A DNA stretch of 64,000 bases, from positions 13,206,001 to 13,270,000 of the forward strand of contig CM114271.1 in assembly GCA_050084515.1 (NCBI GenBank). The letters are read 5' to 3'. Origin of the DNA: Blasia pusilla. Taxonomy: Eukaryota. A program made the position numbers and the translations under genes. Positions 39,401 through 51,383 of the stretch are shown here, piece after piece. How positions within the stretch are numbered: the stretch's first letter is position 1; each line of letters opens with the position of its first letter. The notes below the pieces were generated by a model. The model ran no database searches, was not told the origin of the DNA, and worked only from the letters and a program-made list of their open reading frames with translations.

Positions 39401-40066
39401 CATACGATATACCCTGGGGGCCTTGGTGTTCAACAAACGAAGGTAGAGGCTATCTCATGCATTCCACGCCCTACAGATGTGAGCCGTGTTCGCGCATTCA
39501 TGGGATTGGCGAACTTCTATCGGCGATACGTCAAGGGATTCAGTTTGATTGCAAAGCCATTGACCTTGCTGACCAAGGTGGATCACGAGTGGCACTGGGG
39601 GGATGAGCAGGAGCAAGCATTTCAGTTGCTCAAGGACAGGTTGACGTCTGCGCCCATCTTGAGGAGACCGATCAGGGGGCGTCCTTTCCAGTTGCACACA
39701 GATTGGAGCATGTTGGGGCTTGGAGCGGTGCTCACCCAGCATGATGATGAGGGTAGAGAGTTCGTGGTGGCTTACGCTAGCCGCTCGAACAACGCTGCAG
39801 AGGCAAAGTACAGCTCGTATGAGGGTGAGTGCTTCGCTACGGTGTGGACTGTCACGCATTTCAGGTGTTACTTATTCGGCAACCCCTTTACCATCATCAT
39901 TGATCATCAACCCCTGAAGTGGTTGATGGAGTCCGAGAAGCTTATAGGGAAGCTTGCAAGATGGGCTCTGTTGTTGCAAGAGTGTGATTTTCAAGTGGTA
40001 CATAGATCTGGGACGCTCAACCAAGATGCAGATGGGTTGAGGCGTAATCCATACTCGAGTCAGTGA
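39395..40066 (+). pseudogene. pol: RT connection and RNase H
   Basis: QLHTDWSMLGLGAVL, VAYASR, YSSYEGE, DHQPLKWL, ADGL. Confidence 0.94.
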
Positions 40067-40429
40067 GATGCGACTAGAGCTCTATGGCATGGAGAGAGTG
40101 ATGAGGAGTCGGTGCCAGGATGGCACGCGTCGGTCTATTTAGGCATGTTGGCTATGGAGAGCCAGAGTGTGGAGACTTCGATGGCGAGGTCTAGTGGAGA
40201 GTCCTTGGATCTCGAGGCCAGTGAGGAGACGACAAGTGGTAGAGATATTCATGATGATGGAGTAGTCTTGGAGTACCTTCGTACTGGCAGCGTTGCAAGC
40301 ACAATGGGTGCTAGAGAGCAAGATCGGATCCTACAACGGGCCAGACGGTTCCGTTGGGAGGGGACACATGTTTTGAGGGTTTGGGAGGATGGCAGAGTAC
40401 GCGTAGTGCCGCATCCTTCACATAGAGCA

Positions 40430-41500
40430 CGACTAGTGCAACATGCCCACCAGGAGTTGGGTCACTTTCGGGTGAAGCGGACGTACAGCTTGCTCCAGAT
40501 TCAGTATTGGTGGCGAGGCATGCAGACTGACATTCAGCAGTTTGTTGCCAATTGCATGGTGTGTGATCAGGTCCGAGCATCGTTCAATGCTCCAACTCCA
40601 CAGTTGCATCCATTACCAATCATGGGCTTAGGGTATAGATGGAGTTTGGATTTTGCAGGACCTTTGCCTTTGACAGAGCGTCACAGTCGTTATGTTTTGG
40701 TGATGGTCGAGCACTTCTCAAAGTGGATCGAGTTGGTTGCATTGCTTGAAAAAGCGAGTGAGGGAGTAGCTTATGCCTTCCTTGATAGAGTGCTGAGTCA
40801 TTATGGCGCACCGGCTGAGGTGTTGACAAACCAGGGTACCGAGTTTCAGGGTGAGTTCCAAGCCTTGTGTGATCTAGCGTTGATCGACCACCGCGACGAC
40901 CGGCGAGATCATCCTAAGGCGGATGGATTGGCGGAGAGAGTTGTGCAGACGGTGAAGAGGGGTTTACGCAAGTATGGATTGCAGAGAGGTCACCTAGGAG
41001 ACTAGGACCTTCCATTTTCCATGGTTGGCGATGGGATACAGATTCAGCAAGCAGGCGTCTTTTTCACCGTACTTGCTACTTTATGGCCGAGAGCCAGATT
41101 TACCTACGGCCATTTACCATCGTCGAGATGCTGGTGAGGTGCTGGACCTTGATGACCCAGATGTATGGGTGCGAGCATGTTCTCAGAGGGCTAAGTTATT
41201 TCAGTGAGTGATGCCCATGGCGTTCGAGAACTTGGCGATTCCGCAACATCGGGATACGTTGAGGTATGCGACTATTCGGGGTGGTGGTTATCGACCAACT
41301 ATCCAGAGGTTTCATCAGGGAGATTATGTCTACTTGCAGCAGATGGCACCAACGACGTTGGATGTGACTGCAGGGCGCACTATCTTGAGAGTGCGTGACT
41401 TTTTGCCATCCGGTGTTCTCTTGCTCGAGGGACGCGATGGTATGGTATGGAAGGACCATGTGCATAATTGTGCACCATGTCACCTTCCTAACATTGATAT
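40430..41500 (+). pseudogene. pol: DDE integrase (HHCC + rve core)
   Basis: HQELGH...YWW...CMVC; WSLDFAGPL; VLTNQGTEF; ADGLAERVVQTVK. Confidence 0.94.
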
Positions 41501-41543
41501 TACATTGGATCCGAGCTTAGCAATAGTTTTTGCAGGCTTGCGT

Positions 41544-41681
41544 TGTATGTTGTGTGGTTACGCCGTAGTGCGCCACGATGCGATCTGTGATGGTTGTTCG
41601 AGAGGTTGGCATATGGCATGTCTGACACCACCTCTCACTAGGGTTCCTAGGGGACGATGGATGTGTCCCAGATGTACATAG
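41544..41681 (+). pseudogene. PHD finger at integrase C-terminus
   Basis: C4HC3: CMLC...[28 protein letters not shown]. Confidence 0.92.
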
Positions 41682-41858
41682 AGGAGATACTAGGTAAATT
41701 TCGATCCCGACTTTTTCTCTGACATGGATGACAGGAAGGCGACTAACGATGGGGCCACATGAGCACCAGGCCTTCTTGCTCTTAGCGTCCGAGAGATGTA
41801 TGTCATGGTAGGTAGGGATAGATGGCTATCTGGAGTTAGAGGGACCTAACCACCATCT

Positions 41859-41867
41859 AGGGGGGCG
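41859..41867 (+). other. Putative polypurine tract
   Basis: AGGGGGGCG immediately before repeat B1. Confidence 0.5.
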
Positions 41868-41995
41868 ATTGGAGATATTTTGGTACTTCTTGTCTTGTTG
41901 TTTGGATGCCATGAGTTAGCATAGGATCGTGCGTGTTTTTGTGTGTGTTCAGTGATAGCGATGTATGTTGTGTAGCGATGTGTATGCGCACGACA
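41868..41995 (+). repeat. Repeat B1
   Basis: ATTGGAGAT...GCGCACGACA, repeated at 42512-42624. Confidence 0.92.
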
Positions 41996-41997
41996 AC

Positions 41998-42512
41998 TGT
42001 CACGTCTTTTAGAATAGATCGGTGAGATCTAGTAGAGCGTCTTCAAGAGTAGTGGAGGACATGCCTAGGTGGTTGAGGATGACCTGCTGAGGCCCCGGGA
42101 AACCTGAGAGAGTAGGTTTCCCCTTTGTTTTGGCTCATTTGGAGCCATATTGAGGAACTTGCTATTTTAGGTAAGTACCATTTTGAGTATATGATCAACT
42201 TTCTATTTTTGTTAAGTGGCCCTTGACCTCCTACATCAGGTCAAGAGCCAAAGAGGTGACTTGGGAGAATAGGTTACCATGGAGAGGACTTGGGAGAGGG
42301 AGGGTATATATCCCAAAAGAGAGAGAGCTTGAGAGCTCATTCTCTCTTTGTTGAACCTCTTGGCATGAGGCGGCGGAGCTATGGCCCCTTGCCTTGTGAG
42401 TGTAACCCAAGCCTCTCATTAGGAGAGTGGGTTTGGTTTGACATGAGAGAGAGTGCACACCTTTGAGAGCTATGGTGTGAGATTGTGTAGAGAGAGATTG
42501 GATCTTACTTTA
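41998..42512 (+). repeat. Repeat A2 (contains TATATA at ~42305)
   Basis: TGTCACGTC...CTTACTTTA, copy of A1. Confidence 0.93.
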
Positions 42513-42624
42513 TTGGAGATATATTTTGGTACTTCTTGTCTCGTTGTTTGGATGCCATGAGTTAGCATGGGATCGTGCGTGTTTGTGTGTGTATTCAGTG
42601 ATAGCGATGTGTATGCGCACGACA
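42512..42624 (+). repeat. Repeat B2 (element 3' terminus)
   Basis: Copy of B1, followed by ACAA and resumption of LINE sequence. Confidence 0.92.
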
Positions 42625-44479
42625 ACAAGCTCATCACCACCGCCTGTTTTGTGGTTCACAAGTTCTTTGATCGTTGCTCCCACCTTAGCTAGGGAGAACC
42701 AATCGTTATATGGGTTGCCCAGCTCAACCTCATCATCTACCTTCTCCCGTTGTATCTTAACAAAATCCTCCACTACCCTCTCAAAGTTCTGCTCTTCAAG
42801 GGATATCCGAGCGGGCTTCCTGCCTAACTCCTTGTAATAGTCTTCCAACACATGTCGGATCTGTTTAGCCGTGGTCACCATTCCATCGTCTTTTCTCTTC
42901 AAGGCCTTTACGTCGTTTTTGTCTCTGGCCTTGCTCAATTTCTGCACTTCCATCCAGAACTTCTTCTAATTCTCAGTGAAATTCTCATTGATGGATGAGT
43001 ATGTCACTTGGTTCAATTTCTTCTTGTGCATGCGCACGAGAAGACGGGTTTCCTTGCGTAGGGCCACATACTCTGCCCACAAGGATGCATCGTCCCTTGC
43101 TTTGGCACTTGTTACATACGCTTCCATTCGTTTGGCAATGGCTGCCTTGAGTTCCAAGGATCACCATTTGACGGCTCTGCCGCATATTTTCAATTTCTTG
43201 CCGACAGCAATCTCGGCGGCATCTATCACTCCACGCTCCCACCATGCCAGCACCATGTCCACAGTTGCTCTTGTGAACCCAAAGGTCTTGACGGTAGATG
43301 CAATGAAAGTGTCAAATGCCAAGAGATTTTCTTCGAGCTTGCCAATGTACACCTTCTTGTTGCCCTCATCTTGGAAGTCCTCTATCCTCCATTTCTTAAT
43401 CACTCTCTTCACTGGTTTGGTCGAGCATTTTAGCCTTTGCTGCAACTCTGTCCAAACCAATGAATGATCTGATCTTCCAATGTCTGTCGCATCCATTGTG
43501 ATCTTCCCACTACGTGTGTAGAGTTCCTCATCCACAGCTATGTAGTCCACAATGGAGCTTTCATTCTCCTTGAAGTTGACCCTAGTCGAAGCCGGGGAAC
43601 CCACCTTATGCCTATCATTCAATGCCATCACTTGAAGTTCCCTCAACATCGTGATCAGCCGTGTGCCATTGCCATTCACTCTCACATCTCCAAACATCCC
43701 AATCTCCGCTTGGGAATCGGTGCCTTGCCCCACCTAGCTATTGAAGTCTCCCAACAAGACTATGTTTCCCTTTGTCAGGAACCCAAGGCAATCCGTTTTC
43801 ACACTATGCTGATGATCTCACACCTGTGCTGATGATCTCACACCTGTCCACCCCTGTGCTGATGATCTCACACCTGTCCACCATGAAGTCTCTGATGAAG
43901 AACCCGACACCCTTCATACCTCTGTTGTTGTCCGCCTGGGTGCTCCACATCTTTCCAAACCATGCATAGTGCAAGACATGGGGTATCTCCATTAACTTGG
44001 TTTCCCAAGTTTCGACCACCGCATATATGTATTTGATTTTTCAGCAAAACTTCAGCAACCTCAGTGCTTCATTGCATGGGTCAGTCCACAGAAGTTCTAG
44101 GTACCCAAACGGAGACCTGTCACTAAGTGGGTTGGGGGTCGGCGGGCACGCTTTTGGCGTCGGTGTGGCTGCTAGCGACATGGAACCTCTTCATGTGCAA
44201 GCTCTTCATCGCTGGTCCCTTGGAGAACACTAAAGACATTAGGTGTGTAGATCACCAACCGTTTTGTGGAGATGGGCCTTTCCTTCAAGCTGGAACCACC
44301 CTCGACTACCATAGCCCTCCAATTATAGGCACGTCTCAATTCTTGAGACACCAGTGGCCTCCTCTGCCCTTGATGGACACCTTGAAGATACATTGACGGC
44401 CATTCATCATCCGAGTAACTCCAGTAGTAGCGAGGAATTCAAAGCCCAAAGTTGCGCACATGATCTTAAACATTAAACA

Positions 44480-45155
44480 TAGTAAGGCAAGATGCTTTCA
44501 AGCAAGTAGTGTTGGCAATAACAAAGGGGAAGGATTACTTAAGTCCTAGTTACAATTCGTCGCGTACCACTCTACTTGAGAAACATATCGGAAAGGTGAA
44601 GGAAAAGGTGAATGGCATATTGGATAATCTATGTTTGGGGGCCACGATCATCACAGATTTTTGGACCAATGTGAGAAGTGTTACTTTAGTGAACATCATG
44701 GTCTTGTGTCCACAAGGTGAGAAAGGATGCATGTAGACAAAGTACGTGTCCACGGACATGTCGATATCCGTGGACTTACGTCCGTCTTATGAAAGGACTT
44801 GTCCATTTGGGCCCTACTTTCCTTTTCTTTCTCATCTTCCCCCCACTTACTACCTCGTTCCATACTTTCCCGTTTCTCCTTCCTTCCATCCCTACTTCCT
44901 CCTCCCTTATTGCCCCACTCACCCTTGCCTTATCTTCCATCATGAAGTATAAGTGTGGGCCCCATCTCTTGCAATCCATGTCTGTGTACATGTCTAGGCT
45001 TGTCCATTTTTGTGCAACCATGAAGGTTAGGTCATGATTGAGTTGATAGACACCAAGGGGGAATCCCAAAGGGTTGAATGGTTGGCAGGTCACATAGAGA
45101 AGACTATCATGCGTACAGGCCCAAAGAATGTGTTGCAACTTGTGACAGACAACGG
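44480..45155 (+). pseudogene. hAT transposase fragment (DUF659-like) with probable GT-AG intron 44717-45030
   Basis: PSYNSSRTTLL...GATIITDFWTN...VNIMVLCPQG / IDTKGE...GPKNVLQLVTDN. Confidence 0.8.
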
Positions 45156-45540
45156 TGTCACATCTGAGTAGCCAATAGGTAGGGATCGATCGCGGCGATG
45201 ACATAGAGAGCCAACAGAGTATTGTGAGTATAAATTCGTCCTAAGGTGTTGGATGGAGTTGAGGATAGTTCCGTTGTGTCACGAACGTCATTTCTGATGA
45301 CTTTCCTTTCGGCATTTTTCACAACCGTGTGACTTTTTAGCAGTCACCGCCTCTAGTAACATGTGAAAGTTACGGGAGAGTTGCTATTTTAGGGGAGGAG
45401 CCATATGGGTATTCCCACACCTATATAGAGGAGAGAGATGGATTTCTCAAGCCATCTTTCTCATGTTGGGGCGTTGGAGCACCATTCTTGCTCGTGTGTG
45501 TGAGTTAAGACCAAGGTGTTAGCGTCCGAATTTCCTGACA
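45156..45540. repeat. Probable LTR of an unidentified family
   Basis: TGTCA...TGACA ends, CTATATA at 45421, interrupts hAT frame; no TSD seen. Confidence 0.5.
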
Positions 45541-45569
45541 GCACAGGGTGGACGAGGCTCGATATGCCG

Positions 45570-46650
45570 ATGGTAAATGGTAAATAGATCAAGCCCGTAG
45601 GAACCAAAGGGTCAAAAGGCTAAAAAACACATTACAAGTCATTCATTCACTGACCCGGAAAAAGATCCTAAAGACCTTCTCCTAGCTATTTTCTAGAGCA
45701 CTTGAGCGATGAATAATGACATCCCTAATGTAGACTGAGGAGTGGAGTTTTAGGCCGGGTATGCCATTTTTACTCTTAATTTTACATGAGAAAGATGCAA
45801 AGGGGTAGGGGGAATTTGTTGTTTGCACGAAGGCAAGCGAGTTGCCTCAACGGGGAGCCTCTGGAGATGCTAGTTGGCATTTGCGTTGTCAGTTTTTTGT
45901 TTGGAAGGCCGTGCGCGGAAGCGGTGTCCATTTTTCGTGAATATTTCCGGTGCAGATTGATAAGAGAAAACAATAGAGTGTAGCATGGAGTGTGGCGGAA
46001 AGGGTAGCGTCATCGAATAACGGGATTGTTATGAGTATTGAGAAGGAGAAGCTGTTCTTACAGCCGACGTTGGAGCTCAAGTAAGAGCACAGCAGCGCTC
46101 GGAGGTTGGAGACAAGCCTTGAGAGGAAGAAAATTTTTTTGGGCTGCTTACAGGGGCTGCGGAGGTAGCATCGCCTTAAGAACCGAAAGTACTCATGGGC
46201 TCATACGACTGCATGGCTAGAGCGCCGTAGAGGCCGGGAAAGAATTAAGGCGCGATTGGGCAAGAGTTAGTCGTGAAGCGAATGTACGCGGGATTTAGGA
46301 GATAGGTGTAGTACGGGGCGTATAAGGGAGCCACACACTAGAACCGTAGGGACCTCCCACACGTTAAGTGTAAAAGTAGAACTGTCCCTTCATAGGGACA
46401 CGGGTAAGGAATTCCACCAAGAGAGCCCCATGCGCTCATTAAAGGCGGGGGGAGCTATTATAGAGCGATGTACCTTAAGACATAGGAAATAAGGAGTTGA
46501 TGGAGGGGTGTGTAGGGAAGTTGCGCCATAGGAACGCGAGCCATCCTATTCGAAAGGAAGGAGAGAGAGAGGTTCAAGTCGTAAACATGGAGCCGCGTCC
46601 ATAGGGACACATGCACAAATGGCAGATCGGGGTTAACAAGGGATCGAGGC
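45570..46650 (-). mobile_element. Decayed non-LTR element 3' end with (TTTACCA)n tail
   Basis: Tail at 45570-45585; last ~140 bp recur inverted at 47712-47851 and as a stub at ~47090-47121; weak YGSSVW motif. Confidence 0.45.
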
Positions 46651-46654
46651 TCCG

Positions 46655-48055
46655 TTGCTTCTTTGAAGCCCAACTTATAGCTGCGCTACCCAAAGTAAAT
46701 GAATAACCATATGTGGAGTGTTGATCAGACATGCTTCTTGCCCAATCAGCATCTGTGAATCCTTGTAATTGAAAACTCGGAGAAGGTTCAAATTGAAGCC
46801 CGAATTGAATAGAGAAATTCACATATCGCATAATCCTCCTCACAGCATCAAGGTGAGGTTTTCAAGGTGCTTGCATAAATTGGCTCACTAGGCCTATAGC
46901 ATAGCTCAAATCTGGTCTGGTTATAGTTAGATAGATCAAACTTCCAACCATGCGCCCGTACATATTAGAATCTGCAAGCAGCTCTGCGTCATCCACTCTT
47001 AGCTTCACGCTCTGGTCCAACGGTGTAGAGATTGGCTTACAAGGCGTCATACCATATTTTGAAAGAAAATGAAGAACATATTGTCGTTGTAAATGGTAAA
47101 TGGTAAATAGATCAAGCCCGCATGCTCTCTCCAACCTTGATAAACTCAATACCAAGGAAGTACTTGAGTTCTCCCAAGTCCTTCATATCAAATTCTGCTT
47201 GTAACTTAAGCTTGACTTGTTGTACCATTTCTTCAGTACTCCTAGTAATCAAGAGATCGTCAACCTACAACACAATGAGAACTGTATGATCTTGTCCTCT
47301 CAAGACATATAACAAGGAGTCAAAATCACATACCTAAAACCCAACTCTTGTAGGACGTATGTAATCTTGCCATACCAAGCTCTTGGAGCTTGTTTGAGCC
47401 CGTATAGAGCTTTCTTTAACATGCATACGTGAAATGGAAACTTGGGATGCTCGTATCTAGGTGGTTGAGTCATATATACCTCCTTGTATAGATCTCCATT
47501 CAAGAAGGCATTCTTGACGTTCATGTGATGTAATCTCTACTTCTTACTTATTGCAACTGCAACCACTCTTCTCGTAGTCGCCATCTTTGCAACACGGCTA
47601 AATGTTTCCTTATAATCAATACCATATTGTTGTGCATAGCCCTTAGCCACCAATCTTGCTTTGTATCTGTTTACTACAGCTAGTGCCTTATGATTTAGGT
47701 TTTTATATTATGGACGTCATTATTCATCGCTCAAGTGCTCTAGGCTATAGCTAGGAGAAAGTCTTTAGGATCTTTTTCTGGGTCAGTGAATGAATGAATT
47801 GTAATGTGTTTTTTAGCCTTTTGACCCTTTGGGTCCCACAGGCTTGATCTACTTCTTCAAAACAACTCGGCTCCTGCTCTTGAAGGGTAGTCATCATATA
47901 TGCATGATGTGTTGCAAGGAAACCTTCATTTATGAATCTATGAACTGGACGTGTACCTCTACTTGATCTACAAAGTTTTTTTCAAAGGTAGATGCTTCTG
48001 ACACCTGACTCGAGCTCTGACTAGTGTCAACAGACTGAATATCTAGATACCCACT
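46655..48055 (-). mobile_element. Ty1/Copia RT-RNase H remnant (same family as 21800-23234)
   Basis: NVKNAFLNGDL, LYGLKQAPRAW, TRPDLSYA, GFTDADWA, AAISWASKKQ. Confidence 0.92.
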
Positions 48056-48059
48056 ATGA

Positions 48060-51000
48060 TAGGAGGGATGCTATTTCTACTAGACTATCTTGTCCTTCAG
48101 CCTTTGACCATCACAGGTTACCTCTTACTCATTGGAAGGCCGTGGGTAATGTAAGGGGCCCAGTCTATACATATTGGAAAAGATGAAGATTCACTTTAGT
48201 AGGGCCATCAAGTACTTCCAAGAAGTTGGTGAAGTTGTCTTGGAAGTCTCGGCTGTCTCTGGGAGAGACACCTCCCACGGAAGAGGGGTATACCTTGGAT
48301 CAAGACCGGGAAGTTGACACAGAGTCCTCGTCCTATGTGTGATATCTGGAGTGTTATGAGATAGATGAAGAATTTCTACAATCAGACCGAAGCATGTCCT
48401 GTCCAAGGGAGGAGCCATCTGGGCTCACTACCTATCAATTCACGGAGAAGATGGTGGAGGAGAAGGACTACCAAGAAGTCTTGATCAGCGATACTAAAGC
48501 CTTGCGTCTATTTGCAGACTTGTCTTCATTTGAACTTTCACTATATTAACCTTTGCTTTCGAAGTACCTGGATGTGTTTGCCTACACCATGGATGAGATG
48601 AAAGGAATACCAACCAAATATGGGGAGCATAGAATTGATCTGAAGTTTGGGGCAATCCCTGTATGAATGCGGCAGTATAGATTGAATCCAAAGTATTCCT
48701 TAATGGTCAAAGATGTAATTGATCAGATGTTGGAAGCAGGAGTCATTTATCTGGTACTTAGTAGTGAGCAAGTATCTCCCATAGTCATTATTTCAAGGAA
48801 GCTGACGGGTAAGATGAGGGTATATCAAGACTATAGGAAGCTAAATGCGGCCATCCTCAAGGATCATCACCCCTTGCCCTTTACTGATACTATATTAGAT
48901 AAAGTGGCTGGTCATAAACGAAATCCCTTCTTGGATGGATATTCACGTTACAATCAAGTGTCCATAAGAGAAAAGGACCATTTTGCGCTTATGCCTTGGT
49001 GGTCAAAGCAAATTTGTCAGGCAGGATTTCCTGGTGGATTCTCTTGCTACAAGAGTTCACATTTGACGTGGTAACAAGAGCGGGGGAAATCCACACAAAT
49101 GCGGATATCCTATCATGGTTGAGGACGCCAAAGGTCGACCTCACAAAGACCCTGGAAGATGATTTTCTAGACAAGGAGTTGTTCTTGATAAGGGAAGAGA
49201 CCTTGAGAAGATCTTCATACGAGGACATTTTGTGGTTCCTCGTCACTTTCAGATTGCCAGACCCTATGACAGCAAAAGAACGGGCAATGTTTTTACATAA
49301 GGTAGGGCCTTATGAGCTCTTCCAGGAGGTGTTATTCAAGCTTGGCGTGGATGAAGAATACCGGAGATGCTTGGAGAAGGAAGAAGTACCTCGAGTGATT
49401 GCTGCTATGCACTCGGAGAATGCATGAGGGCATTATGCAATTAAGAATATGGTCAAGAAGATCGTGGCCGCACGCTATTGGTGGCCCACAATGTATCGGG
49501 ATGTCAAGTTCTTAATACAAAAGTGTGATGCTTGTCAAAGAGCGGGAAGGCCTACAATGATCTCCCGCTGGCCTCTGGTACCTATTCTTCCCTTAGCACC
49601 TTTTGAGAACTGGGGTATTGATTTCGTGGGACATATCTCACCTGCCACTCGACAGACCCGCAGGAAGTATATTTTAATTGCTACGGATTATTGCACCAAG
49701 ATGGTAGAAGAAGTCGCTACTAGAAAGGATGACAGTAAGGCAGCGGCTAAAATTTTATATGAAATGATCATTACTAGATATGGCTATCCTTTGGAATTAG
49801 CGGCATGGGGACTAATTTCCTCAACCAGACGGTCGAAGCTTTGACCGACCATTTCCTGATCAAGCACAGGAAGACCACCCCATACAATCCCAAAGCCAAT
49901 GGGTTAACTCAAAAGTCCAATGGGCTTATTTGTAGGATCTTGAACCGCCTGATTGTCACTTATTCATATGATTGGGATACCAAGATTCCTTTTGCCCTCT
50001 GGGCATACCAAACAGCGGAGAAAATCACTACCAAGTACACACCATTCTATCTGGCATACGAAATACAACCCCTTGTTCCAATTGAATGGGATGTGCCCAC
50101 CTATCGAATTTTAGAACAGGAGAGGGAGGAAGAAGAGTCGGCTACCACCTCCAAGAGGAACGAAGATCTGGTAGCGGTGGAGGACACAAGACATCTTGGC
50201 CTTGGACATACAAAGACTGACCAAGCACAAAGGAAGAGACGCTATGACAAGAATATAAGGCCACAATCAATAAGAGAAGGAGACTTGGTGCTACTTTTTG
50301 ACAACCGTCGTCTAAAGTTTCCAAGGAAGCTGAAGTTAAACTAGATGGGGCCTTCCCGGGTTCTGGAGATTTTTGAAAATGGTTCTATACAATTGGAAAC
50401 GTTGAAAGGAGAAGCATTGCCAACAAGGGTGAATGACATGCATGTGCGAAGATATTATACATCGGACTAAGGACTGAGGGAGGGGGTAAAGAACGTAGGC
50501 ACAGGACCCGACGCTAAACATTTCATACCGGGTGAAGTAAGGACTCCCAGGACTCGCAAAGACTTAGGAAAGACAAGGGATGGTGGTCTTTGCCTCCGGT
50601 CTTTTCCTTCTATGTCTTCGTAGTCTTTGTCTTTTCCAGCATACTCTTTATCCTCGTGTTCTTTGCACTAGATCTCGAAGAGTGCCAAGAGGCCGTTATG
50701 GAAGGGGCGGCCATTACGTAAGATCGGAAGTTATCAGGCGCAGAGTAGTGAGACCGGGGGCGCGAGTTTGCTCATTTCTCATGGCAAGAGCACTTGGAAC
50801 CGTCAAGAGTCAACCAAAGAGGGCCTTGTAGAGATCTCGCAAGAACTGTCAGAAGCAGACAGATCAGAGTAGCAAGGAAGACATGGCGCTCATTAATTGT
50901 GGGGTGTACCCATCGTTAGGGATTTTGAGTGAACTACGTAAAGCCTTGGAGGAAAGGTCTTTGTGGCAGTTTTGAAGCAGATTGGTCGCAATCTTGGGTG

Positions 51001-51383
51001 GCGTTACTCACGGAGCTACATTCAAGCTCTAGGGTGATTGAATTTGGTAAGAAGGGATACAAGTATCGCAGCGACCAAACAATTGGACCACCGACTTGTA
51101 TGGTCAATACGAGTTGCTCGTGGCCCGAGACAAGGAATCGCACAGACGCTCTTGTCCAACAGGAGGAGCTTGAAGAGTTGGGGTGCGTCGAGTAGAGCGA
51201 TTAGAAAGGAATGGCTACAAGCGCAAATGTTGAGCCCTCCTCTATTTGCAGAATTTTGTAAATTGTACCAGGTTTTGTTCAATCCGAGTAGGACCTATTA
51301 TATGAGGAATAAGCTTGTAAAGCAATGTAACACTCTTTGGAATATGCATCTACCGCCCAAAGAGCCAGGAGTAGATTTTTCGG
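48060..51383 (+). mobile_element. Athila-like (non-chromovirus) Gypsy fragment: PR end, partial RT/RH, integrase, extra ORF
   Basis: KDHHPLPFTD, FLDGYSRYNQV, WGIDFVG, TPYNPKANG; RT-RH internal deletion at ~48980. Confidence 0.9.

Larger units (their letters stand above)
32289..42624 (+). mobile_element. Full-length Ty3/Gypsy retrotransposon with DNMT3-like domain, PHD-integrase and split direct repeats
   Basis: TGTCAC...ACGACA termini, ACAA duplicated on both sides within the LINE; order gag-PR-DNMT-RT-RH-IN-PHD. Confidence 0.95.
30260..44470 (-). mobile_element. RTE/RTEX-like LINE copy 2, interrupted at 32288/42625 by the Gypsy-DNMT element
   Basis: 30260-32288 matches 16405-18456 (RT LMFADD, Zn ribbon); 42625-44470 matches 18453-20390 (APE with SIVDYI, RSDH). 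Confidence 0.92.

Noticed and set aside
32289-42624. DIRS/PAT/Ngaro classification from the split repeats
   Set aside because: No tyrosine recombinase seen; Gypsy RT/RH and rve integrase, TG..CA ends and TSD present
43806-43882. Short tandem triplication in LINE copy 2 (also duplications at 20728/20896 and 59542-59650)
   Set aside because: Local slippage, absent from sister copies, no functional signal
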